Under the pieces are notes generated by a model, which saw nothing but the letters and a program-made list of their open reading frames with translations, searched no databases and was not told the DNA's origin. Shown piece by piece: positions 24,464 through 37,997 of a stretch of DNA of 64,000 nucleotides; within the stretch, counting starts at the first letter, position 1, and every line of letters begins with the position of its first letter. This DNA is from Anaeramoeba ignava BMAN (taxonomy: Eukaryota > Protista > Anaeramoebae): the NCBI GenBank assembly GCA_028826165.1, contig JAPDFW010000059.1, positions 434,001-498,000 on the forward strand. The letters run 5' to 3'. A program made the position numbers and the translations under genes.

Positions 24464-27400
24464 TTAGCTCAAATGAAAATTTTCTTTTCCTTCAGAAATT
24501 GCAAAAAGAAATTTTTGTTTTAAAATTAATTGAGAAGAATATTCAGGAATTTTAAGATTATTTGAACAAGTCATAACAGTTGGCAAACAATTATCAGGTT
24601 TATTGTTTCCACTTTCACGCCTAACTACTGATAATTTAGGTTTTAAATTTCGAATTCCACCAACAGGAAGACTTGAGCTTCCAGTAACAAATTGAAGAAA
24701 ATTTCTCTGAGTTTTTGGATCCATTTCACACATGAAGGAGATTAAATATTGAACAACATTTGAATTTTTTGAGTATCCATGTTCGCAAATGATATTGTCT
24801 TGAAGTGTTTCTTTTGTCCACTGTTCGACATATCCATTGACCATCACATCAAACTCTTCAAATCTCAGAGCTTGCAGATATTTGCTGGGAAATATACTGT
24901 TTAATCCTTTTCTGAAACGGTTGATTTGCTTTTCGACTCCTTTTCCAAGTTTGTATTCAATCACCAAATTCACATATTCTCCCAAATTATCCAAATCAAG
25001 ACTTATATCTTTTCCTCCAGGTTTTAATTCAATCTCCTCATAGCCTGGAACAGTGAAATCAAGAAATAAGCTTTGGATATATTGCTGTTGGTTTTTGTAT
25101 TTGGATCTATCTAGGTTTTCCCCCTCTTTTCTTTTGTCTTCTTCGTATTCCCGAGATATCTTCATAAAATCCAATATTGATTTCACAATTTCTGGTTCAA
25201 TTTCCATTATGTCTTCAATATTCAACTTTTTCCCGCTAACAGCTTGGAAGAACGGCTTCGAAAATGGGAGCTCAATTATTCGATGATCAACAATTGCTTT
25301 TCCCACAAACTTCCCCATAAACTCAAACAACTCCAAAGTTTTTTCATCCTCAATTTTTGAGCAATCCATAAGTTTGGGGAAAAGTCCATAATTTGTTTCA
25401 ATATATTCTTCGTCTGAATCTTGGTTTTTTCCAAATTCTTCTTTCCATAATCTGTATTTTCTTTTCCTTAATTCCCTCGAAACAAGAAAATAGAATTCAG
25501 ATGTTAAACCTGATCCAAAACCAACTTCTCCTTGATACTCCACTTCCAAGCTTCGTGGCTGAGTGATCTCCTTTCGGTTCATCACGTGCATCGCATATTT
25601 CAGGATTTCTTCTCGCGAAATTCTTGCTTTGAAAGGCGGAGGTTTGAATTTCTGGAAATTAAATACTTGGAATATTTCTGAATTTGATTCACTTGTTGGT
25701 TTCCGTTTTTCATTTATCAAATCTTCAATTTTCCATATGCCTCTGCTTGTCATAATTTTGAATGCTAAAAATCTTGTTTCAAATGAAAACAAAAATCGAT
25801 ATCCATGCAAAAGCATGTATTTGTACCATCCAGGAATGAAGGAGTCGAAATTAAATTTCATGTGTTTCAAACTCTGGAATATTTTGGAATCCATTGTTTT
25901 GGAAATGAATTCGTTGTTGGATATCTTTATGTTCAAGAAATCATCCTTACTCGTTTGTTTTTGTTGGGAATTGTCTGTTTTCATTTGAAGTAAGTAGCTT
26001 TCGTGGTTCCGATTCATTGTTTCAAGAAAATACAGAATATTTGTTGTTTGATACACAAAAAAAATATCTTTGTTCATTGAGTTGAATTTTTGTTGTGCTT
26101 TTCTTTTTCGGTATATTTCTTGTATGATGGGTGTTTGATTTAGTGATGTGATTTTATTTCTGTTATTTTCATCTTCTTCATTTTTATTTGATTTGGCTTG
26201 TTTTTTCGATTCTCTTCGTTTTTTATGTATTTTGTAAGCAATTTCGAAATTTTGATGTAATAAATTTCTGCTATCAAAAGGTTGTTCTGGAGAATCAAAA
26301 AATCCCAAACATCTAATAATTTCATCGATAACCATTGAGCCTTCCTTCATTTTCTTCCCATTACAATAGAAACTAATATTTTCTGCTTTAGGTGGTGTTC
26401 CTAAATCTTCTTTTTTTCTCTTTTTTCTGCCTGATCTTCTTTGATTTTCATTTTGATTTTCATTTTGGTTTTGGTTTTGAGTCTCATTGTCTAATTGTTG
26501 CTGTAAAATATCAATTTCCATATCAACAACACTTCGATTAAATGGTTCTTCGCTTGTGAACAGTCTTTGATATAAATTGCATAAATCGCATTCCAGAATA
26601 TATTGTTTTTTTCCTTTTTTTGCTTTTCTTATTTTGTGTTCTAATTGTTCGTATATTTCGCTCATCATGATTTGAAGATCACTGACCAAAAAAAATCCAT
26701 AGCATTGAGTATAAAGAGCAGAATAATCTTTTTCTTCTTCTCCTCCATGACTTTTTCTTTTCTTTATAAATTTAATATCCAAAGGTGCTTTTTTGGAAAG
26801 AAGTTGAGATATTCCATGATTTTCTAATGTCTCGAATTTTTCTATTGTTGAAAGTAGATTTTGAAGCATTCGAACAAGAATTACAATACTTTCTATTTCT
26901 TCTTGGTGATTTTTATCATCTGTTTTTGGATTATATTGATATTTTTTTATCCATTGATCTTTTTTCATTTCATCTTCATTTTCATTTTCATTTTGATTTT
27001 GATTTTCATTTTCATTTTCATTTTTTCGGAAAAATACTTTTAAGAAATTGTAAACCCTTTGAAGATGTATTTCTGTGGTATTAATTTCTTGATTTGAATT
27101 GAGTAAATCATTTCCCGTTATATAATTAAATAAAGCCTCTACCATTCCAGTTTTAATCATTTCAAATGGTGTTAATCCGTTTTCAAATTGAATAATTTTA
27201 CTTAAATGAGAAAGAGCTTGTAATTCTTTGTTTGGAATATATAATGCCTGCAATATATTTTGTATTTTGGATATTTTATGTAACTCAATAGAAAAAAGTT
27301 TATTGATTTTCTGGTTTCCTGTTGATTGTTCTGAAAATTTCAAAATGTAGCTGATCATTGCATTCATCCAATCATGAATTTCAAACATTTTCTCTTTTTT

Positions 27401-30374
27401 CGGTTCAGAATTATTGCTTAAATCCCCCGCACTTTGAAAAAAAATATTATTATTTAGGCTCACATCTTTTTTTTCTCCCATTTCCTCATTTACAAAATTC
27501 AAATTTGCTGTATTAACATCATTGTTAGTTTTTTCTTTTAGTTGATTAATTTTCTTTTGAATTTCTTCCAATTTTATTTTCAAATGTTCGACTTGTTGGA
27601 TTATTCCTTCTTGAATAAAAATGAAGAAGAACTTTTCAAGATGTGTTTTTATTAGTAAAACAATAATAGCCAATCCTAATCCGTTAATTTCAATTCCATT
27701 TTTTAAAGGTAGCAATTTAGAAACAAATGATGATATTGTTTTGTCCATGTTTTCTGCAAAAAAATCATTTGATTGTTTTCCCATAAAATACAACATTTTT
27801 ATTACCACAATTAGACTTTTTATTTTGTGATTTTTTGATGTTAATCGTGGATAAATTTGGGTTATTAATGGATGTAATAGCTCTTGTGTAATTTTTTGAA
27901 TTGTTTCATTTTTTTCATTTTTTTCATTTTCATTTTCATTTTCATTTTGATTTTGATTTTCCTTTTCCTTTTCCTTTTCATTTTCATTTTCATTTTCATC
28001 TTCTTCTAAAATTATCCATTTATTATTTTCATTTTGATTTAAATCTTGTGGAATTGTATTTTCAATTGTTTCTTGTTCTGATTTCCTTTGAATAATTCTT
28101 TTCAAATTTTCAAATTCTAAACCTCCTTGCTTGATTTCATTATGAAATATACTTAACATAAATGGAAAAGAAAAATTATGAAAAGAATTACTATTATGCT
28201 TCTCTAATATTTCCATCATTTCAAAGATGTCTGTTAATGAACTTGGTAATAGTCTATTGGGTAATTTTGGTAACAATGAATTGATTAAGAATAAAATATC
28301 TGATAATTTATATTCTGTTTGAGTTATTTGTATTTTCATCTTTTTCGGTGTTGATGATGGTGTTTTTAATTGAGAATCTTCTACAAAATTATTTTCCATT
28401 TCCAATAATTTTTTGTTATATATTTTTTTTTCATTTATTTCAATTTTATTTTCATTTATTTCAATTTTATTTTCATTTATTTCAATTCCATTTTCATTTA
28501 TTTCATTTTCATTTATTTCAATTTGATTTTCATTTTGATTTTGATTTTCATTTTGATTTTGATTTTCAATTTGATTTTCATTTTCAATTTGATTTTGATT
28601 TTCAATTTGATTTTCATTTTCAATTTGATTTTCAATTTGATTTTCATTTATATTTGTATTTTCTGATTGTGAAATTGCTTTTTTCAAAATTGAAATGATA
28701 TCATTTCTAATTATAAACATTCGAGAAGAATTACTATTCTCAGAAATATTTGCAATTGCTCTTAAAAAAGATGAAAATGTTTCATTTTTTAATATTGGAT
28801 TTGAAACCTGTTTCTCAAATAATTTTATCATTTGAGAAATTGTATTTTCATTTATAAAATTTGTGATATCATCTGAATTTTTTAAACAAGTTTGGATCAT
28901 TCCAACTAAAGAACTACATGCTAAATCAATCACTGTAGAAATAATTGATTTAATTTGATTTGATATAAATTTAATATTTATTATTTTGTTTTGTTTTGTT
29001 TTGTTTTGTTTTGTTTTGTTTTGTTTTGTTAAAATTACTTCCTGTTTCTTGCGAATTAAAAAAATTAAGAACAATTGGAATTGCTGTTTCAAATTGAGAA
29101 TTTAAATTTCGAGGAATTGTTCTCGAAATATTTTTAGCTGCTATTAATGCTTTTTTCTGATAAAAAGAGGAAAAAAATTCAATATAATTTAAAACAGCTA
29201 ATAATGCTCCTTCTTTTGCCATTTCTTCACCATATCTTTTGGAAAGAACTTCAACTATCTATTTTTAAATATAATTTTAATATTATATTTTTTATTCAAT
29301 ATTTACTCTTCTTTTTCTTTTTCTTTTTCTTTTTCTTTTTTTTTTCTTTTACATCCATCGAAATTTCAGCAATTTCAATTACTTGAATATCTAATAATTT
29401 TGAAATGAGAATAGGAATAATATCAAATTTAATAAAAATCATTTGGAATGGATTAGATTCTCTAACAAGATTGTAAATGCATTGAAGAGACAAAACTAAA
29501 AAGTAAATTCAATCAAATTTAAACATTAAATGAATATTTCTTTTTCTTTGTTTCTTTTAAAATAATAATAATAATAAAAATAAAAATAAAAATAAAAATA
29601 TTGTTTAAAGTCATCATTTACGAATATTATCTTGTATTGAATCTGAAGAAAGTATTAAAACAAGATTTTCTATTAATTCTTGATCGAATTGAAGTAATTC
29701 TTCTTCTTGAGAATATAAAATTTGGTTCTTTAATTGATATAAAAATTGTCTCTTCTCTTGTTCTGTTTGTAAATTAGCTAAATTTGAATTCTTTTTTGGT
29801 TTATTTTCTTTTTGAAAATATTTGAACAAAAAAAAATTAAGTTGAATATAAATGAACTTGAAACAATAATTTTGATTTTAAAACAAAAAAGATATAAATC
29901 AATTTTTTTTATACTTCTTGAATTACGATTCCAATTTGATCTATGTATAGTTCTTGAAGGACGAAAAATTTGAGTAAAATCATTTGAAATTTCAAAAGGA
30001 TTATTTGGGATAAAAATATTAGGTTGATAATTTATTTCTTCAAATTGTTGATAATTTATTTCTTGATTTTGTTCATTATTTATTTCTTCATTTTGTTCAT
30101 TATTTATTTCTTGATTTTGTTTATTATTTATTTCTTCATTTTGTTCATTATTTTTTTCTTCATTTTGTTCATTATTTATTTCTTGATTCTGTTTATTATT
30201 TATTTCTTCATTTTGTTCATTATTTATTTCTTCATTTTGTTTATTATTTATTTCTTCATTTTGTTTATTATTTATTTCTGTTGCTTCTTCTGTGGTTTTT
30301 TTTTGTCTTGCTTTTCTTGAAGATGATCTTGTTCTTGGTTTTCTGATTCTTCTTGATTTATTTTTTTTTTCCAT
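24464..30374 (-). CDS. HECT E3 ubiquitin ligase, TRIP12/Ufd4/UPL3-like, 5 exons
   Basis: ARM-type exon GALLAVLNYIEFFS; HECT domain LEVEYQGEVGFGSGLTSEFY...FLQFVTGSSSLPVGG...LPTVMTCSNNLKIPEYSS...FHLS with catalytic Cys; N-terminal 8-aa EEINNEQN repeats. Confidence 0.92.
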
Positions 30375-30640
30375 AAAAAATAATTTAAAATAAAATAAAA
30401 TAATCTAAAAGGAAATAGAAATAATTTAAAAAGAAATAAAAGGGAAAAATGAAAAAAAAAAATTTTAAAAAAAAAAAAATTCTTTTATTTTGTGGTTTTT
30501 TATTTCAATTCATTTCAATTAAATTAAAAAAAGATGAGTCATTTAATCAAATAGAAAAAAAAAAAAGAGAGAAAAATATCAAAACAAAAAAGTCCGATTT
30601 TCCTTTTTTTTTATTCCATTTAATTTTGAATTTAATTTTT

Positions 30641-32971
30641 TCATTTTCTTTTTCTTAAAATTCTTTTCCATTTTCCAGATTTATAATCAATTTCAAGAAA
30701 AATTTGATCCATAACTTCATCATCTTTAATAGTTTCATTTAATAAAAATCTTTCTGTTCCAGTTAATAATTCATTATCATAAAATCCTAATAAAAATTGA
30801 GTCATTACAAATTTTGTTTGAACTGTTAATTTGTTATTTAATTCCAAAAAAGATTTTGAAATGACACCAAAATAGGTTAACTGCTGTAATTTTTCATCCA
30901 ATAATTCATTAATATAATCACTATTACTAACTGTGATTTGTTCAGATTTATTTATTGGGAAATTAAACTATTTTATAATTGGTTTTGTTTTTAGTTTAAA
31001 ATATAAATATTATTAATATTAATATTAATATTATAAATTTACTTCCAAAATTTCTTCAGTTGAAATTTGATCCAATTCTGGTTTTTTTCCAATATTTTTT
31101 TTTGCTTTGTCTTTAGTTTTTGCTCTTTTGATTTTATTTTTCGAATTAAAATCATCTTCGTTTTTATCTTCATATTCATTATCATTTTCATCTTCATCAT
31201 AATTATCATTATAAGAATCATTTTCATCATCATAATTGTCATAATTATCATCAATTTTCTTTTTTTTAGGTTTAGGTTTATTTTTAGGTTGAGTTTTACT
31301 GATATTCTTAATATTCCTATTTTTTTTAGGTTTAGTTTTATTATTTCTTCCTTCATCTTCTTTATCATCATAATCGTCATCCTCAAAGTTTGTTTCTTTT
31401 AAAACTTGTGATTTTTTTTCAATTCTTTTTCCAATTTTTTTGAAGTTTTTATTTTCTTCATTTTCATTTTCTTGATTTTCTTGATTTTCATTTTCATATT
31501 CATTTTCATTTTCATTTGTAAAATTAAGATTTTCTGAATCTTTATTTTCTATATCCATTTGACTTGAAATTTTTCTTTGATTTTGTTTTGTTTGTTTTGG
31601 TTTTCTTTTCTTGCTTTGTTTTGGTTCTCTTTTTTGTTCTAAATTTAATTTTATTGTTTTTTTTTCCAAAAAAAAAAAAAAAAAACGGAATTAAAATGTT
31701 ATCTAATCAAATTAATGATCAAATAAATTGAATAATTTTTACTTGTTTTTGTTTTTGCTTTTGAAGTTTTTGTATTAGATTTTGATTTAGATTTTGTTGT
31801 TTTTTTTTGGTCATTTTTTTCTAAAAGTTCTCTTCGTTTTTTTTCAAGATCCATAATTTCCGAAACAGAAAGCATTTCCGTTTTAGCTCTTGTTGTTTTA
31901 TGAGACATTGCAAGTCGAGAAAATTTTCTTGGATTTGGAACAGGTGTTTGTGTTTGATTTTGTGTGTTTGTGTTGTTTGGAGTGTTTCTTTCAATTTCTG
32001 ATTTGTTTTTTTCTGAATATTGATTTGTTTTTTGTTGTGGTATTTGTGGTGATTTAGATTTATTTTTAGATTTTGTGGTTATTTCATTTAATTCGTTTAT
32101 TGGATTTTCTTTGTTGAAGCACATTGGAGTTTGATATTGTTTTTTTATTTTGAAGTGTGGATTATTATTGTATGTATGATTTTCATTAATATCTTTTGAT
32201 TTTTGATAAATGTATTTGTCTTCTAATTGAGGAATTTGGAAAGATTTTAATTTGGAAATTTCTGATTTATAAGTTTGAAGACTGTTTTGAAATTTGTCAT
32301 TTTCTATTTGGATATTTAATACCTTTTTTTTTCGAATATTAATATAAATATAAATTTAAAAATTAAATTAAATATTTAATTAAATATTAAATATAAATAT
32401 AAATATAAATATAAAATTAAATATAAATATTAATTTAAATATAAATATAAAAATTAATATAAATATTAAATATAAATATAAATATAAATATAAATATTAA
32501 ATATAAATATAAATATTAAATATAAACATTAAATATAAACATTAAATATAAATATTAAATATAAATATTAAATATAAATATTAAATATAAATATTAAATA
32601 TTGATTTAAATACTAAATATAAATACTAAATATAAAATTAAATATTAAAATAAATATAAATATTGTTTTGTAAATTTTACACTCTCTGTTTGATTTGTTT
32701 CAGATGATAAAGGTTTTACAATTTCTGCAATAACTCTAACCCATTCATCTTTATCTTTACAAGCAGTTTCAATCATTGTTAATAAAACACCTTTTACTCT
32801 ATTCATTTCTCTTTTATTTGCAAAAATTAAAGCAAGTAATGTTTTAATTTTAGTTTGTGATTCCATTGTTGAAAATTGTTGTTGAATTTCTGGTAAACTT
32901 TCAGAAGTAAGTTGAGAAGCTAAATGTTGTGTATTCCAAGTTGTTTCATCCATTTTTAAAGCAGAAATCAT
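30641..32971 (-). CDS. NELFA: Negative elongation factor A (NELF-A/WHSC2)-like, 4 exons
   Basis: N-terminus WNTQHLASQLT..TKIKTLLALI..DKDEWVRVIAEIVK, then LNIQIE..QLEDKYI..HFKIKK; C-terminus NKLTVQTKFVMTQFLLG..FLEIDYKSGKWKR. All blocks match my recollection of metazoan NELF-A. Introns are in frame. Confidence 0.8.
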
Positions 32972-33262
32972 TTTAAATGAAAAAAAAAATGAAAAAAAAA
33001 ATGAAAAAAAAAATGAAAAATGAAAAATTTTTAATAATTAAAAAAAAAAAAGAACCAACGAGTTTATTAAGCAAAATTAAAATAAATCCTTCAAAAGAAC
33101 ATTATTAAATGTTTTTGGTTTTGTTTTTTTTGGAAAGAAAAAGAAAAAGAAAAAGAAAAAGTTTGTTATTTTTTTTTTTGTTTAAAATTAAATTGATGTT
33201 GAGAAAAAAAAAATCTGAAAAGGAACCATTTTGAAATCATTTGGTTTATACATTTCAGAAAT

Positions 33263-35271
<2,009 letters not shown>

Positions 35272-35441
35272 ATTTTTTTTTTTTAAAAAAGTAACCAAAA
35301 ACAAAAATAAAAAAAAAAACAAGTAAAAGAATTAAAGAATGAAAGAAAGGGAAAAAAAAAATGAAAAAAAAAGATTTTATGAAAAAAAATTTTTTTAATT
35401 TGAAAAAAAGAAAGATAAATTTTTGATTGGATAAAGTTTAT

Positions 35442-37649
35442 TCAATAATAATAATCATCATCGTCATTATTACGAGATTTGTTTTTAATTGCGAGATTTA
35501 ATGTAGAATTTTTATGAAGTTGATAAAAATCAACTGCATCATCTAATTCTTTTTTGACATTTTCACTACAATTAGAATCAATGTAATCGAAATAGAAAAA
35601 GTGGATCAACTCAAAAACAGCTTCATAACTTCTTCCACTATAATCTGTGACTGAATTAGAAGCATCATCGCAACTCAAGAACATTCCTCTGAATAAATCA
35701 CTTCTTGTAAACAAAATGAGCCGATGAGACATAATTGGTTTTTCTTCGGCAAGAATTGCAAAATCAAATGTTTCTTTACTTTCATATAAAATTTGGAGAT
35801 CTTTCAAAAGTCCTTTTCTTCCCTTTTTCTTTCTGATCCACGAGGTATCAAGACCCAACGGTTGGATAATCGGCAAAATGGCATCTTCGTCAATTTGACT
35901 TAATTTGGGATTTGTGAATCCAGTGTAAAGAAACATCAAAAACAAACGCACTTTTGTTGATGGATATTTGGATATTTCTTGTCTTAAAATATTCAAAAAT
36001 GGATCATCTTCGAAAAATTGCAGATCTTTGACATGTCCCAAAATTCTAAGTTGGATTAGTAGTTTATGAACTGGGAAAAAATTATCATTTGAATAAAACC
36101 CTGAATCTGTGATTTCTTGTCTTTCAAAAAGTTTTCTAAAATCACGAGTAATTGAAAGTAAATTTGCCTTCAAATTAGAAATGAATTGTTTATAAGCTCC
36201 TTTTCTACTAACTTTATTGAAATTTGCGTCATGAAATCCAAATATTGTAACCGTCTCTTTATTCCAATATTTATAATATTTTTTTGCCATTTGAAGTGGA
36301 CTTTCTCCGTTATAATTTTCCTGGTTAATATCAACTTCATGTTCCAATAAACAAGTGATAAAATCCATTGGCAGTCTTCTTTGAATAGCATGATGCAACA
36401 CATTGTTATTTTTTTCATCAACAAATGCAGGATCTGCTCCAAACTCAAAAAGAAGAGAAACAAGATCCATATTTGCTTGTTCAACTAATATTAACAACGG
36501 TGTTTTGTTTTTTTTTGATTTAACATTTGGATCTGCTCCCTTTTCAAGACATTCCCTCACAATTTCTTTTGGATAATTGTTCATGCACATAAGCATCAAT
36601 GGCGTATATCCTTCTGAATTCGTTTGGTTGATCATAGTTGTCAATGACAAGATATAGCGTACAAGATCACCACTTCCTTTACTTTTCAATGCCAAATGAA
36701 GAGGAATCTCTTTTTTCGAGTTTAGCGCATCAAAGCTCAACCCTTTTTCCACAAACAACACCAAAGTCTCTTTTTTGGAATTTGATTTGCAAAGAAGATG
36801 CAAAAAGTTATTTTTTTGATTATCAAGAGAATTGACAGGAACATTTTTTGCCAGAAAAAGTTCGATCATTTCCGGCATAATAGATTTTGAAGAACATAAA
36901 TAATGGAGAGCATGATTATGAAGACGATCTTTTTGGTTCAAAGTCATTTTTGTCTTGTTGATCAAGACGGTGAGTGTTTCTTTGGTTGGTTTCGACATGC
37001 ACAAATAGTGGAGAGCAGTTCTTTTTTCCTTGTCTATGCTATTCCCGTCGATCCCTTTCTTAAGAATAAGAGGAACAATCACAGAGCGCACATCTTTGCT
37101 TTTGTTGCGACAGGCAAAATGCAAAGGTGTTTGTCCTGTGCTGTCCACAAGATCCTCTACAAAAGCAAGGGTTTTTTCGAGAAAACTCACAACACAATCA
37201 GAATCACCACTATTTTCGCAAATGTAATGAAGAGGCAGTCGATTCTGCGAATCCCGAACAAAATAAAGCTTCTCTGTTGGCGCAAGAATGCCGAGAAGTT
37301 CTGAATCAAAATTTTTTTTCATGCATAAATAAATTAAGGGGGTTTTTCCTTCATTATCTTTTGCATAAATATTACCCCCTTGTCTGATCAATGATTTGAT
37401 CATCCCTATTCTTGGCGTTTCTGTCATACATGCATAATGTATTGGCTTTTTCCCATATACATCTTTTTTGTTTCCTGGGATTCTATATTTTTCAAAAAGT
37501 TCAACAATTGCAATTCTTGAATCATTTTGTGCTGCAAAATGAAGTACATTTTGATTTTTAGAATTTTTTAATGTTGACACGTTATGACTACGAATATAAT
37601 TTCTAACTCCTTTGATCGAATTATTTTCAATTAAATTCCAAATATCCAT
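35442..37649 (-). CDS. Ankyrin-repeat + tandem BTB protein
   Basis: Many ankyrin repeats (GxTPLH-type); then VHKLLIQLR and FDFAILAEEKPIMSHRLILFTRSDLFRGMF..DASNSVTDYSG. Confidence 0.9.
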   Translation of the reverse strand: MDIWNLIENNSIKGVRNYIRSHNVSTLKNSKNQNVLHFAAQNDSRIAIVELFEKYRIPGNKKDVYGKKPIHYACMTETPRIGMIKSLIRQGGNIYAKDNEGKTPLIYLCMKKNFDSELLGILAPTEKLYFVRDSQNRLPLHYICENSGDSDCVVSFLEKTLAFVEDLVDSTGQTPLHFACRNKSKDVRSVIVPLILKKGIDGNSIDKEKRTALHYLCMSKPTKETLTVLINKTKMTLNQKDRLHNHALHYLCSSKSIMPEMIELFLAKNVPVNSLDNQKNNFLHLLCKSNSKKETLVLFVEKGLSFDALNSKKEIPLHLALKSKGSGDLVRYILSLTTMINQTNSEGYTPLMLMCMNNYPKEIVRECLEKGADPNVKSKKNKTPLLILVEQANMDLVSLLFEFGADPAFVDEKNNNVLHHAIQRRLPMDFITCLLEHEVDINQENYNGESPLQMAKKYYKYWNKETVTIFGFHDANFNKVSRKGAYKQFISNLKANLLSITRDFRKLFERQEITDSGFYSNDNFFPVHKLLIQLRILGHVKDLQFFEDDPFLNILRQEISKYPSTKVRLFLMFLYTGFTNPKLSQIDEDAILPIIQPLGLDTSWIRKKKGRKGLLKDLQILYESKETFDFAILAEEKPIMSHRLILFTRSDLFRGMFLSCDDASNSVTDYSGRSYEAVFELIHFFYFDYIDSNCSENVKKELDDAVDFYQLHKNSTLNLAIKNKSRNNDDDDYYY

Positions 37650-37997
37650 TTAAAAATTAAATTAAAAAAAAGAAAAAAAAGAAAAAAAAAGAAAAAATGG
37701 AATTTGTTTTTTCATTTTTTTCTAATTTAAAAAATTTAGAAAAATTTATTCAAGCACATATAAATAATATTAATTTCATTTCTATGTTTATTTCTTTATC
37801 TTAAATATTAGATAATAAATGAAATTAATTTTTATTATTTATTAAAAAAAAAAAACAAAAATTTGTGCAAAAATAATTTATTAGAAAGAGAGAATCAGAG
37901 CATATTCTTGAAGAATTATTGAATATGTCTACAAAACTCCCTATAATTTATTAATCTTGCTTATTATTTTTTTTAAAAAAAAGAAAAAGAAAATTAT

